DNA of 64,000 nt from Candidatus Magasanikiibacteriota bacterium (GCA_030650025.1 JAUSEN010000008.1:1164-65163), one strand, 5' to 3'. Positions 35,227 through 45,256 are shown, numbered from the stretch's first letter. Numbers and translations: made by a program. The notes: generated by a model not told the origin, from the letters alone.

Positions 35227-35589
35227 CTAACGTTGCGCCACTAAACTGGGCGCCGCGGCCTTCAGGCGCGTTACCTTGCCTGCCGACACCATATTAACCG
35301 CGCTAAGCCTAACAGAAATCGCCGTGAGTGACTCGGCCGCGGCCAATTCTGTCTCGATCTTTTTATTGCTAGAATTAAGTTCCGCGATTTTTAACTCTAA
35401 TTTTTGCACTTCGTACCCGGCCGTAGAAACATTACTGACCCCGACTATATACAAAACCGCCATCGCGCCAACGCTCGCTAAAATCGCTACTCGCGCCGGG
35501 AGTAAGCCAAGCCAGCGGGGCACGCGCCACAGCGACCAGTATGCTCGCCAGCTTCTGAATTGATACTTTAAGCGTAGTTTAATAGACAT
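35227..35589 (-). CDS. ftsL: Cell division protein FtsL-like
   Basis: Single TM plus coiled coil, directly after mraZ-rsmH. Confidence 0.65.
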   Translation of the reverse strand: MSIKLRLKYQFRSWRAYWSLWRVPRWLGLLPARVAILASVGAMAVLYIVGVSNVSTAGYEVQKLELKIAELNSSNKKIETELAAAESLTAISVRLSAVNMVSAGKVTRLKAAAPSLVAQR

Positions 35590-35602
35590 ACATTTTTATT
35601 AT

Positions 35603-36514
35603 TTATATTTTTTCTACCACCCGAAGTTTAGCGCTTTTGGCGCGCGCGTTCTCCGCGACTTCCTCCGCGCTCGCCACGATTGGTTTATTATTTACTAATT
35701 TAATAATCTTATTATTAATCGACTTAAAATATTGTTTGACTATTCTGTCTTCTAAAGAATGAAACGCGATCACGGCCAGCCGCCCGCCTTGCGCGAGTAA
35801 AGCCACGGCTTGAGGTAACGCTTGTCGTAATACCTCAAGCTCGTGGTTTACTTCAATCCGGAGGGCTTGAAAAACTTTAGTGGCGGGGTGTAATCCGCCG
35901 ATCCAAGGCACGGGTGCGTCTGTGCGAAGTTTCGCGCGATAGCTTTGTAAAATAATGTCCGAAAGCTCACCGCTTCTCTCGATAGGGTGGCGCTCTCGAG
36001 CCGCCACAATTGCCCGCGCGATTTCGTTGTAGAGATTTTCTTCTCCATAGGTACGAAATAATTTCGCCAAGGCTTCTTCCGAATAACTATTGACTACGTC
36101 AGCCGCGGTGGATGAATTCTTGTCTTGCTGGCCGCCAAAACGCATGTCAAGCGGCTCGTCTGCTAAAAAACTAAAGCCTCTCCCCCGCTCCCTGAACTGC
36201 GGACTGCTCCAGCCCAAATCCATTAAAATCGCGTCGACCGGACCAAAATGATTTTCAACGACAATTTTTTTTAAATTTATAAAATTGTCCCTCACGCCGA
36301 TTACTTGTTCTTGCCATTTATACAAATATTGTTTAGAGCGCAGGAGCGATTCCGGATCCGCGTCAATCCCAAGCAACTTCCCCTTCGGCCCGATCTTTTC
36401 TAAAATTTTGGCTGCGTGGCCGCCGTCTCCGAGCGTGCAATCAACTACCTGCATTCCGCTTTTAAGCTGTAAATTGTCAACAACCTCGTTTAATAATGCC
36501 GGTACATGGCGCAT
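35603..36514 (-). CDS. rsmH: 16S rRNA m4C1402 methyltransferase
   Basis: HVP.LL, DCTLG.GGH, DLG.SS.Q, FQALRI.VN.EL and FHSLEDR. Confidence 0.97.
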   Translation of the reverse strand: MRHVPALLNEVVDNLQLKSGMQVVDCTLGDGGHAAKILEKIGPKGKLLGIDADPESLLRSKQYLYKWQEQVIGVRDNFINLKKIVVENHFGPVDAILMDLGWSSPQFRERGRGFSFLADEPLDMRFGGQQDKNSSTAADVVNSYSEEALAKLFRTYGEENLYNEIARAIVAARERHPIERSGELSDIILQSYRAKLRTDAPVPWIGGLHPATKVFQALRIEVNHELEVLRQALPQAVALLAQGGRLAVIAFHSLEDRIVKQYFKSINNKIIKLVNNKPIVASAEEVAENARAKSAKLRVVEKI

Positions 36515-36515
36515 A

Positions 36516-36947
36516 CTAAACTCCTAGTTCCGCCATTTTTTCCGCGATCGCGTTGCTTTCAGCCTCGGTACGGCTCTTATAATGTTCCCACTCGGGTTTA
36601 GCCCAAATTTCTAAGCGGCTGTACAGCCCGGCAATAACTACTTCTTTTTTTAAACCGGCAAAAACTCGCAAATATTCCGGGAGCATGGCGCGACCCTGCT
36701 TATCAATCGGGATATCCATGGCGCCCGCTAGCATTAAACGCGCAAACGCGCGGCTATTAGCTTGAGCCATAGGGAGTGCGGCCAATTTCTCGGCGAGCTT
36801 ACCCCACTCGGCCTTGGTGAAAACAAACAAGCAATTATCAAGACCGCGGGTCACCACTGCCCCTTTTTTTAAGTCATTCCGGAATTTGGCGGGCAGGGCC
36901 ACACGCCCTTTATCGTCTAGCGTGTGCGAAAATTCTCCTATGAACAT
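36516..36947 (-). CDS. mraZ: Division/cell wall cluster repressor MraZ
   Basis: MFIGEF.H.LD.KGR and D.QGR; true start is the ATG at 36947. Confidence 0.97.
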   Translation of the reverse strand: MFIGEFSHTLDDKGRVALPAKFRNDLKKGAVVTRGLDNCLFVFTKAEWGKLAEKLAALPMAQANSRAFARLMLAGAMDIPIDKQGRAMLPEYLRVFAGLKKEVVIAGLYSRLEIWAKPEWEHYKSRTEAESNAIAEKMAELGV

Positions 36948-36967
36948 ATGAATTGACGAATTCATGC

Positions 36968-37036
36968 CCGATTCAACAGAATCGTGCCGAGCAGTGTCCT
37001 TTGAAGCTCGGCTCGCATTCCTTTGAAGCGCGGCGC
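36968..37036 (-). repeat. Family A double-hairpin element (variant, partly duplicated) upstream of mraZ
   Basis: GCCGAGC-TTCAAAGGACACT-GCTCGGC-ACGATTC-TGTT-GAATCG. Confidence 0.8.
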
Positions 37037-37068
37037 TAGTGAGTAAAGTAGTAAGACAAGCATTTTCA

Positions 37069-37102
37069 CCACTCTTCCCCACTTATAACCATTTTACACC
37101 AC
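37069..37102 (-). promoter_or_regulatory. MraZ binding boxes (GTGG x4 at 10-bp period)
   Basis: GTGG-N6-ATGG-N6-GTGG-N6-GTGG overlapping the -10 element. Confidence 0.8.
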
Positions 37103-37119
37103 TTAAAAACACTAGTCAA
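37091..37119 (-). promoter_or_regulatory. Sigma70 promoter of mraZ-rsmH-ftsL
   Basis: TTGACT, 17 nt spacer, TAAAAT. Confidence 0.7.
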
Positions 37120-37134
37120 CACTTAAAACCAGAG

Positions 37135-37143
37135 TTATCCACA
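37135..37143 (+). promoter_or_regulatory. DnaA box
   Basis: Perfect TTATCCACA 15 bp upstream of the mraZ -35 element. Confidence 0.55.
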
Positions 37144-37233
37144 GTCCTTCGGTCGCCTAAGGCGACCTTCGGACTGCAAGCGCTTTTTTGCGTGTCTAAG
37201 ACGAATAATATGCGCAGACGATAAAATAAAAAA

Positions 37234-37261
37234 ACAGGGGCATGATATATCATGCCCCTGT
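37234..37261. repeat. REP-like palindrome acting as terminator of the MBL gene
   Basis: acaggggcatgatatatcatgcccctgt flanked by A/T runs. Confidence 0.75.
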
Positions 37262-37296
37262 GAATTTTTTTATTCTCTAAAACAAGTTAATAATTT

Positions 37297-38715
37297 TTAG
37301 ACCCTAACCTCTAAGCCCACGTTTACCACTGTGGCTTTCACCCCCAAATCCTCGGTTATTCTTTTGGCGAGAGCTTCCGAAGCCACCGGGTCGCCGTGGT
37401 TTAAATAAACCTTTTTTGGAGTCGTAGCGCCTCCGCCAATCCAATCAAGGAGTTTATCCTGATCGCCGTGCGCGGACAGCGCTCCCACCATTTTTACTTT
37501 GCATCTTACCTCGACTCTCTCGCCAAGTATGTCTACAAAACGCTGGCCGTCCACAATTTTCCGCCCCAGCGTCCCTGCGGACTGGTAGCCAATGATGAGC
37601 AAAGTATTTTTGGGGTCTGACAAATAGCGCAGAGCGTGGAACACAATGCGCCCGCCGTTCATCATACCCGCGCCCGCGATAATAATTTTACAACCCGGCG
37701 TGTGGTTAATCTTCATGGATTCTTCGCGCAAATGAGTGAGCGTGAGGCCGGGAAAATTAAATAAATCATCGCCCGCTTTAAAATATTTAGCGGCTTCAGC
37801 GTCGTAATACTCGGGATATTTTTCGTAAACTTTAATAGCATCAATTGCCAAAGGCGAATCTAAAAAAATCGGAACCCGAGGCAGTTTCTTCTTACGGTCA
37901 ATCAAATCATTTAATTCATATAATAACTCTTGAGTGCGCTCGAGCGAAAAAGACGGAATCATAACCACGCCACCCCGCTCTATCCCCTCGCGAATCATAT
38001 TTTCGATTACTTCTTGCCGCTCGTGCACACTCTCGTGCAAGCGATTGCCATATGTCGATTCGCAAATCAGGGCGTCTAGCCCCCCGGGCAATTTTTCGGT
38101 ATCACGGAGTATCGGCACCTCAACGTTGCCGACGTCCCCACTAAACACAATTCGCTTCCCCTCACCGGCAATTTCAATAAACGCCGAACCAAAAATATGC
38201 CCCGCGTCGTGAAACTTAACGACAACCTCACCACTAGTGTCATTCCCGCGTAAGCGGGAATCTAACTCTCTTGACTTCAAGATCCCCGCTTTCGCGGGGA
38301 TGACAATCTCCTCTCCATATTCCACTCCCACAAACATGCTCATCACGCTAGCGATGTCGCTCTCTGCATACAAAATTGGCGTCTTTAATTTGCGATTGTT
38401 ATAAGTCATGACGTTGAGCGCGTCGTCCAAAATTAGCTGCGCCAGCTCCACGGTTGGTTTGGTCGCGTAAATCTTGCCCGCAAAACCATTTTTCGTTAAG
38501 AGCGGCAAACGCCCCACGTGGTCCAAATGCGCGTGGGTCACAAACACGGCCGCGATGGCTTTGTGATCATACCCGAGCGGTTCTGAATTTCTCTTCTCAA
38601 TTTCCGGACTGCCCTGATGCAGGCCACAATCAACCAAAAACTTCTGGCCGCCAACCTCAATCATACTATTAGAACCCGTCACTTCCCGCGCCGCCCCAAA
38701 AAACGTAATTTTCAT
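37297..38715 (-). CDS. MBL-fold beta-CASP ribonuclease
   Basis: THAHLDHVG, AGHIFGS, FSGD, ESTYG, SAHGD and NHGD. Confidence 0.92.
   Translation of the reverse strand: MKITFFGAAREVTGSNSMIEVGGQKFLVDCGLHQGSPEIEKRNSEPLGYDHKAIAAVFVTHAHLDHVGRLPLLTKNGFAGKIYATKPTVELAQLILDDALNVMTYNNRKLKTPILYAESDIASVMSMFVGVEYGEEIVIPAKAGILKSRELDSRLRGNDTSGEVVVKFHDAGHIFGSAFIEIAGEGKRIVFSGDVGNVEVPILRDTEKLPGGLDALICESTYGNRLHESVHERQEVIENMIREGIERGGVVMIPSFSLERTQELLYELNDLIDRKKKLPRVPIFLDSPLAIDAIKVYEKYPEYYDAEAAKYFKAGDDLFNFPGLTLTHLREESMKINHTPGCKIIIAGAGMMNGGRIVFHALRYLSDPKNTLLIIGYQSAGTLGRKIVDGQRFVDILGERVEVRCKVKMVGALSAHGDQDKLLDWIGGGATTPKKVYLNHGDPVASEALAKRITEDLGVKATVVNVGLEVRV
38238..38305. repeat. In-frame TGTCAT..ATGACA element inside the beta-CASP RNase gene
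   Basis: Encodes VIPAKAGILKSRELDSRLRGNDT; contains ATTCCC-N8-GGGAAT. Confidence 0.85.
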
Positions 38716-38872
38716 GTAAATCTTCGTTATTTAATCTAAAAAATAAACTTAACTCTATATATTAGAGCTCTTTGAATATTATACCAACCGCCATCTCAAA
38801 ACACAATTCGAAACACCTCCTCAAGCCGCCCAGTGTGCATAACTTCACACGTATGTACTTTACGCATAATCC

Positions 38873-38931
38873 TGTCATCTTGAGCGTAGCGAAAGATCTA
38901 AGCGTTTTATATTTTGGCGAATTGACTTAGA
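38873..38931. repeat. Partial TGTCAT element
   Basis: tgtcatcttgagcgtagcgaaagatctaagcg resembles the 2351 copy; right end missing. Confidence 0.7.
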
Positions 38932-39132
38932 TAAACTTAAATCAAGTGATAATTCTGCTATGAGAAATCCATACCGGATTCCGGAGCTCCCTTTAGGGGG
39001 AGCTTTTTTCTTATTTTTCTCCTCTATTCAAAACCTAAAAAATCTGGTAAGCTATTCTTTGTAATAAACCACTCTCCCGTGGAAATTTTTGGTTACATTT
39101 AACCACGTTTAGACTTTCTTAACCATCGCGAC

Positions 39133-39831
39133 ATGACGCTTCCTAACTTAGATAAAATTGAAATTGTCGAACCCCCGATTCAAGAACTGACAACCAAGCC
39201 CTCGGTCTGGAAGCGCGCGGCCCTGCTCGGTTGTGGCGGGCTCCTCTTGGTTTTAATTATATTATTCGTGAGCATAAAAATTGCCCTCGGGCCGGGTCCA
39301 GAAACTTTGCGCGCCGTGCCCGCGAGCTTCCCGAGTAACATCCCCATTTACGACAAAGAAAATATTGAAACCATTACCTATATTCCCGGGCGCTATAAAA
39401 ATCGAGCGGTAGAAATCGCCGCCTTATTCCCAAAAATAATTTTAGCGCCGCTTTTTATTAGTTTAGATGATAACGCGGTTGTAAATACCACAACAGTAAA
39501 AACAAACTCCGGATTTTCAGCTAAAAAACTTTGGCGGGTGATAGCCACGCCTGTCAGTAACGCCCATGATACTGTACAAATCGAGTGGCACCGCTCCAGC
39601 GCTGGCCCCAAATTTGTCTACTCTTATTACCAAAGCGAACTAAAAAAGAAAAAATTTACCATTGAATCCGAGACCCACAGCCCAGGCTTTAGGCAATTTT
39701 CTTTTAAAAACGCCACTGTCAGCGGCTTCTTCGCGGTACGCGGAGAGAGCGAAGAAACCGGCGCTGATTACATGGTGTTAACTGTCAACATCGCGCCGAG
39801 CGCTAATTTAAGTTCTCCCGCGCTCAAATAA
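39133..39831 (+). CDS. Hypothetical membrane-anchored protein
   Basis: N-terminal TM helix; P..FP..IP.Y motif. Confidence 0.65.
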   Translation: MTLPNLDKIEIVEPPIQELTTKPSVWKRAALLGCGGLLLVLIILFVSIKIALGPGPETLRAVPASFPSNIPIYDKENIETITYIPGRYKNRAVEIAALFPKIILAPLFISLDDNAVVNTTTVKTNSGFSAKKLWRVIATPVSNAHDTVQIEWHRSSAGPKFVYSYYQSELKKKKFTIESETHSPGFRQFSFKNATVSGFFAVRGESEETGADYMVLTVNIAPSANLSSPALK

Positions 39832-39835
39832 AACT

Positions 39836-41452
39836 GTGATTAAAATTCTCAATTCCATTTCTAAATCAGTCACCGGGGCCGCCTTAATGATATCGGCCGC
39901 TACTTTAGTTAGCCGCCTGATCGGGCTTCTGCGTGATCGCGCCTTTATGCACTATTTTGGCGCCGGGCCCGTCATGGACGCTTATTACGCGGCCTTTAAA
40001 ATTCCGGACTTAATTTATAATCTTTTAATCGTTGGCGCCTTAACTGCTGGTTTTATTCCGGTTTTTACCAAACTATTTTACGAAGCGAGCGACCCCTCTC
40101 CGGCCTGGCGGCTCGCTAGTAACATCGTCAATCTGGCGGCTGTCATTTTACTAATCGTCTGCGTCGCTGGAGTGGTATTCATGCCCGCTTTGGCCAAAAT
40201 CATTGCCCCGGGATTTTCTTTAGCCAACCAAAAAATCATGATAACTTTTAGCCGCATCATGTTCTTTTCGCCATTTTTACTCGGCATTTCCATGGTCATG
40301 GGTGGCATTCTGCAATCCCTGCGGCAATTTGTTTTATATGCCATCGCCCCGATATTTTACAATTTAGGCATAATCTTCGGCACAATTTTTTTAGTCCCGA
40401 CCCGCCTCGGCTTAAACGGCTTGGCGTGGGGTGTGGTTTTAGGCGCCGCCCTGCACGCGGGCATTCAAATTTATGGCGCTCATAAAAATGGCTGGCGCTG
40501 GCAACCCCTCCTTAATTTTAGAGATAAAAACGCCAAATTGATTGGCCGCCTCATGCTCCCCCGCACTTTAGGCTTGGCCATGACTCAAATCAACCTGGTA
40601 GTTATAACCATTCTGGCTTCGCTGTTACCAGCCGGCAGCGTTACTGTATTTAATTTAGCCAACAACTTGCAGGCCGTGCCAAGCGGCCTCATTGGGATTC
40701 CTTTTGCTTTGGCTGTCTTCCCCATTCTTGCTTCGGCCGCTGGCAAAAATCCCGAAGAGTTCCGCCGTTATTTTTCGGCCACCCTCCGCCAAATTATTTT
40801 TTTAATCGCTCCCTGCGCGATCGCTCTTTTAATATTGCGCGCCCAATTCGTGCGCATTTTGTGGGGCACCGGCGAATTTAACTGGGCCGCCACAATCGCG
40901 ACCGCTAACACCGTGGCGTTTTTTGCTCTCGGGTTAGTTAGCCAAGCGGTCATTCCGCTTTTCGCGCGCGGTTTTTACGCTTTTCATAATACCAAAACCC
41001 CATTTGTGATTAGCCTGATTTCCGAATTAATCAGCATTATCGCCGCTCTCGTCTTGATGCGCCCACTCGGAGTCGCGGGGCTGGCTCTCGCGGCAACGCT
41101 CGGCGCCACACTCAATGCTGTCCTGCTCTATTGGCATCTGCGCCCCTTAACCGGCCCCTTAGAAGGAGATAGGCTGTGGCAAACCACGCTCAAAGTTTCG
41201 CTCGCCGCGCTTATTATGGCGATTATTACCCAAACTCTTAAATACCCGCTCGCGCTAATTTTTGATTTAGATAGATTTTGGGGAATATTCTTGCAAGGCC
41301 TAACCACCGGCCTAATTGGCCTAGCCGCTTATTTCTTAATTTGTTACTTATTAAAGCTGGAGGAGATGGTCCACCTCCAAGCCAGCCTGCGGCGCAAATG
41401 GCTACGCCTCTGGAGCATCCCCGCTGGCATTGATGAAGCCGAAAGTTTATAA
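39836..41452 (+). CDS. murJ: Lipid II flippase MurJ
   Basis: SRLIGLLRD, DAYYAAFKIPD, GAL...FIP and FYA..NTKTP. Confidence 0.95.
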   Translation: MIKILNSISKSVTGAALMISAATLVSRLIGLLRDRAFMHYFGAGPVMDAYYAAFKIPDLIYNLLIVGALTAGFIPVFTKLFYEASDPSPAWRLASNIVNLAAVILLIVCVAGVVFMPALAKIIAPGFSLANQKIMITFSRIMFFSPFLLGISMVMGGILQSLRQFVLYAIAPIFYNLGIIFGTIFLVPTRLGLNGLAWGVVLGAALHAGIQIYGAHKNGWRWQPLLNFRDKNAKLIGRLMLPRTLGLAMTQINLVVITILASLLPAGSVTVFNLANNLQAVPSGLIGIPFALAVFPILASAAGKNPEEFRRYFSATLRQIIFLIAPCAIALLILRAQFVRILWGTGEFNWAATIATANTVAFFALGLVSQAVIPLFARGFYAFHNTKTPFVISLISELISIIAALVLMRPLGVAGLALAATLGATLNAVLLYWHLRPLTGPLEGDRLWQTTLKVSLAALIMAIITQTLKYPLALIFDLDRFWGIFLQGLTTGLIGLAAYFLICYLLKLEEMVHLQASLRRKWLRLWSIPAGIDEAESL

Positions 41453-41460
41453 TTTTTCTT

Positions 41461-43275
41461 GTGAATAGCCACATCCGTAACTTCTGTATTATAGCCCACA
41501 TTGATCACGGCAAATCCACCTTGGCGGATCGATTCTTGGAATTCACCAAAACCGTGGCCGCCCGCGACATGAAATCACAACTCCTCGACAGCATGGATCT
41601 GGAGCGCGAACGCGGCATTACTATTAAACTCGCCCCGGTGCGTATGCATTATACCAATTCCGGAACCGAATACATTTTAAATCTCATCGACACTCCCGGA
41701 CACGTGGATTTCAATTACGAAGTTTCACGATCGCTCGCGGCGGTGGAAGGCGCCATACTCCTCGTGGACGCGACCCAAGGCGTGCAAGCCCAGACCATTG
41801 GCAATTTATATTTAGCCTTAGAGCAAAACTTAAGCATTATTCCGGTTATTAATAAAATCGACATGGCTATCGCCAATGTCGAAAAGACCCGGGCCGAAAT
41901 CAAAAGCTTGACCGGGTGCAAAGACCAAGACATTATTCTCGCCTCTGGCAAAACCGGGCAAGGGGTCCCCGAAATTCTGGAAGCTATTATTAAACGCGTT
42001 CCGCCGCCTGCGAACAATATTCAAACTACCCCCCGCGCCCTTATTTTTGATTCCTTGTTCAACGAATATAAAGGTGTCGTGGCCTCGGTGCGCGTAGTGG
42101 ACGGCGTCTTAAAAAAAGGCGATAAAATTATTCTGATGTCTACCCGCGCTCCCGCCGAAATTTTAGAACTGGGCTATTATGTGCCTAAATTCCACCCCGC
42201 GCCCGAACTAAAAAATGGGGAAATTGGTTATATTGTCACTGGCCTTAAAGAAGTACGCGATTGCCGTGTCGGCGACACTATCACTCTCTACGATAAAGCC
42301 CGTGGCGCTTTAAGCCAATCGCCCCTCCCTGGGTATAAAGAAGTCAAACCCATGGTCTTTGCCGGCATCTTCCCCAAAGACGGTTCCGCCTACGAAGAAC
42401 TGCGCGACGCTATTGAGAAGCTTAAACTAAGCGACTCGGCCTTAATTTTTGAACCCGAGCACTCCTCGGCCCTTGGCTTTGGGTTTCGCTGTGGCTTTTT
42501 AGGAATGTTGCATCTAGATATTTTTCAAGAACGCTTAAAACGTGAACACGATCTCGAAGTCGTCATTACCGCGCCGAGCGTAGCCTATCAGGTAACCAAA
42601 ACTAATGGCGCCGTAGTCGTCATCAAAAGCCCCACTGAAATGCCCGAGCAGAATTATGTGGTAGAAGTAGAAGAACCGTGGATGAAGCTTGATATTATCA
42701 CCCCCAAAGATTATGTCGGCGCTGTGATGGGCTTAGTCCAAGAGCGCCAAGGACGTTACCTCACTACCGAATATCTCTCGTCCGGGGCGGACCAAAGAGC
42801 CTTATTACACTACGAAATTCCGCTGGCTTCTCTGATTACTGATTTTTATGATAAACTAAAAACTGTCACCTCTGGCTATGCCTCCATGAACTACGAACTC
42901 AAAGGCTACCACAAAACCGAAGTAGTGCGCCTCGATATTTTAGTGGCCGATGATTTAGTGGAGTCTTTAGCCACTCTGGTTTGGAAGTCAGACGCCCACG
43001 CCGTGGGCAAAAAAATTTGCGCCGCGCTCAAGGACAGTTTGCCGCGCCAGCAATTTGAATTAAAAATCCAGGCCGCGATTGGTGGCAAAATTATTGCCGC
43101 CGAGAGGCTGTCGGCCCTGCGTAAAGATGTTTTGGCCAAGATGAGCGGCGGCGACGTTACCCGCAAAATGAAACTGCTCAAAAAACAAAAACAGGGCAAA
43201 GCCAAAATGAAAGCCGCGGGCTTGAGCAAAGTTAATATCCCGACTGAAGCGTATCTGGCCGTGCTGAAGCGTTAA
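41461..43275 (+). CDS. lepA: Elongation factor 4
   Basis: IRNFCIIAHIDHGKST, GFRCGFLG.LH and GGDVTRK.KLL.KQK. Confidence 0.98.
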   Translation: MNSHIRNFCIIAHIDHGKSTLADRFLEFTKTVAARDMKSQLLDSMDLERERGITIKLAPVRMHYTNSGTEYILNLIDTPGHVDFNYEVSRSLAAVEGAILLVDATQGVQAQTIGNLYLALEQNLSIIPVINKIDMAIANVEKTRAEIKSLTGCKDQDIILASGKTGQGVPEILEAIIKRVPPPANNIQTTPRALIFDSLFNEYKGVVASVRVVDGVLKKGDKIILMSTRAPAEILELGYYVPKFHPAPELKNGEIGYIVTGLKEVRDCRVGDTITLYDKARGALSQSPLPGYKEVKPMVFAGIFPKDGSAYEELRDAIEKLKLSDSALIFEPEHSSALGFGFRCGFLGMLHLDIFQERLKREHDLEVVITAPSVAYQVTKTNGAVVVIKSPTEMPEQNYVVEVEEPWMKLDIITPKDYVGAVMGLVQERQGRYLTTEYLSSGADQRALLHYEIPLASLITDFYDKLKTVTSGYASMNYELKGYHKTEVVRLDILVADDLVESLATLVWKSDAHAVGKKICAALKDSLPRQQFELKIQAAIGGKIIAAERLSALRKDVLAKMSGGDVTRKMKLLKKQKQGKAKMKAAGLSKVNIPTEAYLAVLKR

Positions 43276-43283
43276 AATACCCC

Positions 43284-43321
43284 GTCATTGCGAGCCCCCG
43301 ACGCAGTCGGGGCAAAGCAAT
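43284..43321. repeat. Partial GTCATTGCGAG palindromic element after lepA
   Basis: gtcattgcgagcccccgacgcagtcggggcaaagcaat. Confidence 0.6.
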
Positions 43322-43356
43322 TTTTAAAAATTATAATTAATTTCTCAAATTTACTT

Positions 43357-43452
43357 ATGAAGAGAAAAACTATCAAATCACTCTGGACCCTGGTTGCCGT
43401 GATTGGCATTATCGCCATGCTGATGTTTACAGCTTTGCCGGCTTTCCAATAA
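43357..43452 (+). CDS. 31-aa single-TM small protein (not in the ORF track)
   Basis: MKRKTIKSLWTLVAVIGIIAMLMFTALPAFQ*. Confidence 0.65.
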   Translation: MKRKTIKSLWTLVAVIGIIAMLMFTALPAFQ

Positions 43453-43461
43453 AATAAATTT

Positions 43462-45246
43462 GTGACTAAAAATTGGATTTTTTCCGATCCGCCCCCGCCC
43501 GAATTTATTCAGGAATCGGCGGCCGAAAGCGTGCCCGCAATCGCGGCGCGCCTCTTGTGGACCCGTGGCTTAAAAACCAAGCCGGCGATTGACGCTTTTT
43601 TAAACCCTAATTATGAACAAGGCGTTCCAGACCCGTTTTTGTTTAAAGACATGCCCCAAGCCGTAGATTTAATTTTAACTTGCCTAAAAAATAACGCCAA
43701 AATTGTGGTCCATGGCGACTACGACGCCGATGGCGTGGATGCGGCCGCGATCCTGGTGTTAACTCTCCGAAAATTAGGCGGGCAAAATATCGAGGTTTTT
43801 ATTCCCCACCGCGAAACTGATGGTTACGGCCTCAACGAAAAAACTATAAAATATTTGCATGAGCGCGGCGCCAAATTAATCATCACCTGCGACTGTGGCA
43901 TTAGTAATACCAAAGAAATAGCGCTTGCTAGAAAACTGGGCATCAAAACAATTGTCACCGACCACCATGCCATGCCGCCGAAGCTACCGGAGGCCGACGC
44001 CATACTCCATCCGCTTATCCCGGGCGAAACTTACCCCGACAAAACTCTTTCCGGCGGTGGCGTGGCTTTTAAATTGGCACAGGCGCTCTTAAAAAATAAT
44101 GCTTTGACTAACCAGACTCTGCCCGATGGCGCCGCTCATGAAGCTTTTGCCAAATGGCTCTTGGATTTGGTGGCCATTTCGAGCGTCGCTGATATGGTCC
44201 CTCTGCTTGGCGAAACCAGAGTACTGGTAAAATATGGCCTCATGGTTTTAAATAAAACCAGAAATTTAGGCCTGCGCGCGCTCATTGATATTTCTCGTCT
44301 CAACGGCGAAGATGGCAAGCTGAAAAAAAACATTACTACCGAGACCATCAGCTTTCAACTTGCTCCTCGCATCAACGCGGCCGGCCGCATGGATCATGCC
44401 AACGTCGCCTTTGCTTTACTGATTGCCGAAACCGAGGCCGAGGCAAAGGAGCTGGCCGCGCAGCTGCAACAAAATAATCTTGACCGGCAAAAATTAACCG
44501 AAAAATTAACACTCGCCGCGCGCTATCAAGTAGTAGCCACCCAGCAAGAAAATAATCCTCTAATCTTTGTTTTGGGAGAGGGGTGGCCAACCGGAATTTT
44601 GGGTTTGATCGCGGGGCGCGTGCGTGAAGAATTCGGTCGACCGGCTATTGTCATGGGTCAAAATGCCGCCGGCGAAATTACTGGCTCGGGGCGCTCCCAT
44701 CCCGCCTTTAACATGATTGAAGCGATCAAAACCATTCCTGAATGTTTTAATAAATTTGGCGGCCACCCCCAAGCGTGCGGGTTTTCTTTAAAAAACGGAG
44801 AGACTCTTGAAGATTTTAAATCTAAACTGTTGCCCCTCGCCGCCGCCGCTCTTAAAAATACGGATCTCGAACCGGAAGTTAAAGTTGACGCTGTCATTGA
44901 CCTCGATGATATCACCTGGCCGCTTTACGAAACCCTGCAAAAATTCGCGCCTTTTGGCGTCTCAAACCCCGAACCTATTTACGCCGCCCAAAATTTAACT
45001 TTAGTCGCCATGAATCCGGTCGGTAACGATGGCAAACATTTGCGCCTGTTAGTTAAACACAACTCTCACTTGATTAAAAAAACCATTGCCTTTGGTTTTG
45101 GCAATGCCGAACGCCATCCGGCCGACTGGAAACAAAATTTAAAGCCGGGCGACAAAATCGACTTGGCTTTTACCATTGATGTTAACGAATGGAACGGCCG
45201 GCGCGAGCTCCAGCTGGCAGTAAAAGATATCCGGCGCTCTCTTTAA
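43462..45246 (+). CDS. recJ: ssDNA exonuclease RecJ
   Basis: GDYDADG, TCDCG, TDHH, PRINAAGR and GGH..A.G. Confidence 0.96.
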   Translation: MTKNWIFSDPPPPEFIQESAAESVPAIAARLLWTRGLKTKPAIDAFLNPNYEQGVPDPFLFKDMPQAVDLILTCLKNNAKIVVHGDYDADGVDAAAILVLTLRKLGGQNIEVFIPHRETDGYGLNEKTIKYLHERGAKLIITCDCGISNTKEIALARKLGIKTIVTDHHAMPPKLPEADAILHPLIPGETYPDKTLSGGGVAFKLAQALLKNNALTNQTLPDGAAHEAFAKWLLDLVAISSVADMVPLLGETRVLVKYGLMVLNKTRNLGLRALIDISRLNGEDGKLKKNITTETISFQLAPRINAAGRMDHANVAFALLIAETEAEAKELAAQLQQNNLDRQKLTEKLTLAARYQVVATQQENNPLIFVLGEGWPTGILGLIAGRVREEFGRPAIVMGQNAAGEITGSGRSHPAFNMIEAIKTIPECFNKFGGHPQACGFSLKNGETLEDFKSKLLPLAAAALKNTDLEPEVKVDAVIDLDDITWPLYETLQKFAPFGVSNPEPIYAAQNLTLVAMNPVGNDGKHLRLLVKHNSHLIKKTIAFGFGNAERHPADWKQNLKPGDKIDLAFTIDVNEWNGRRELQLAVKDIRRSL

Positions 45247-45256
45247 AATTAAAAAA

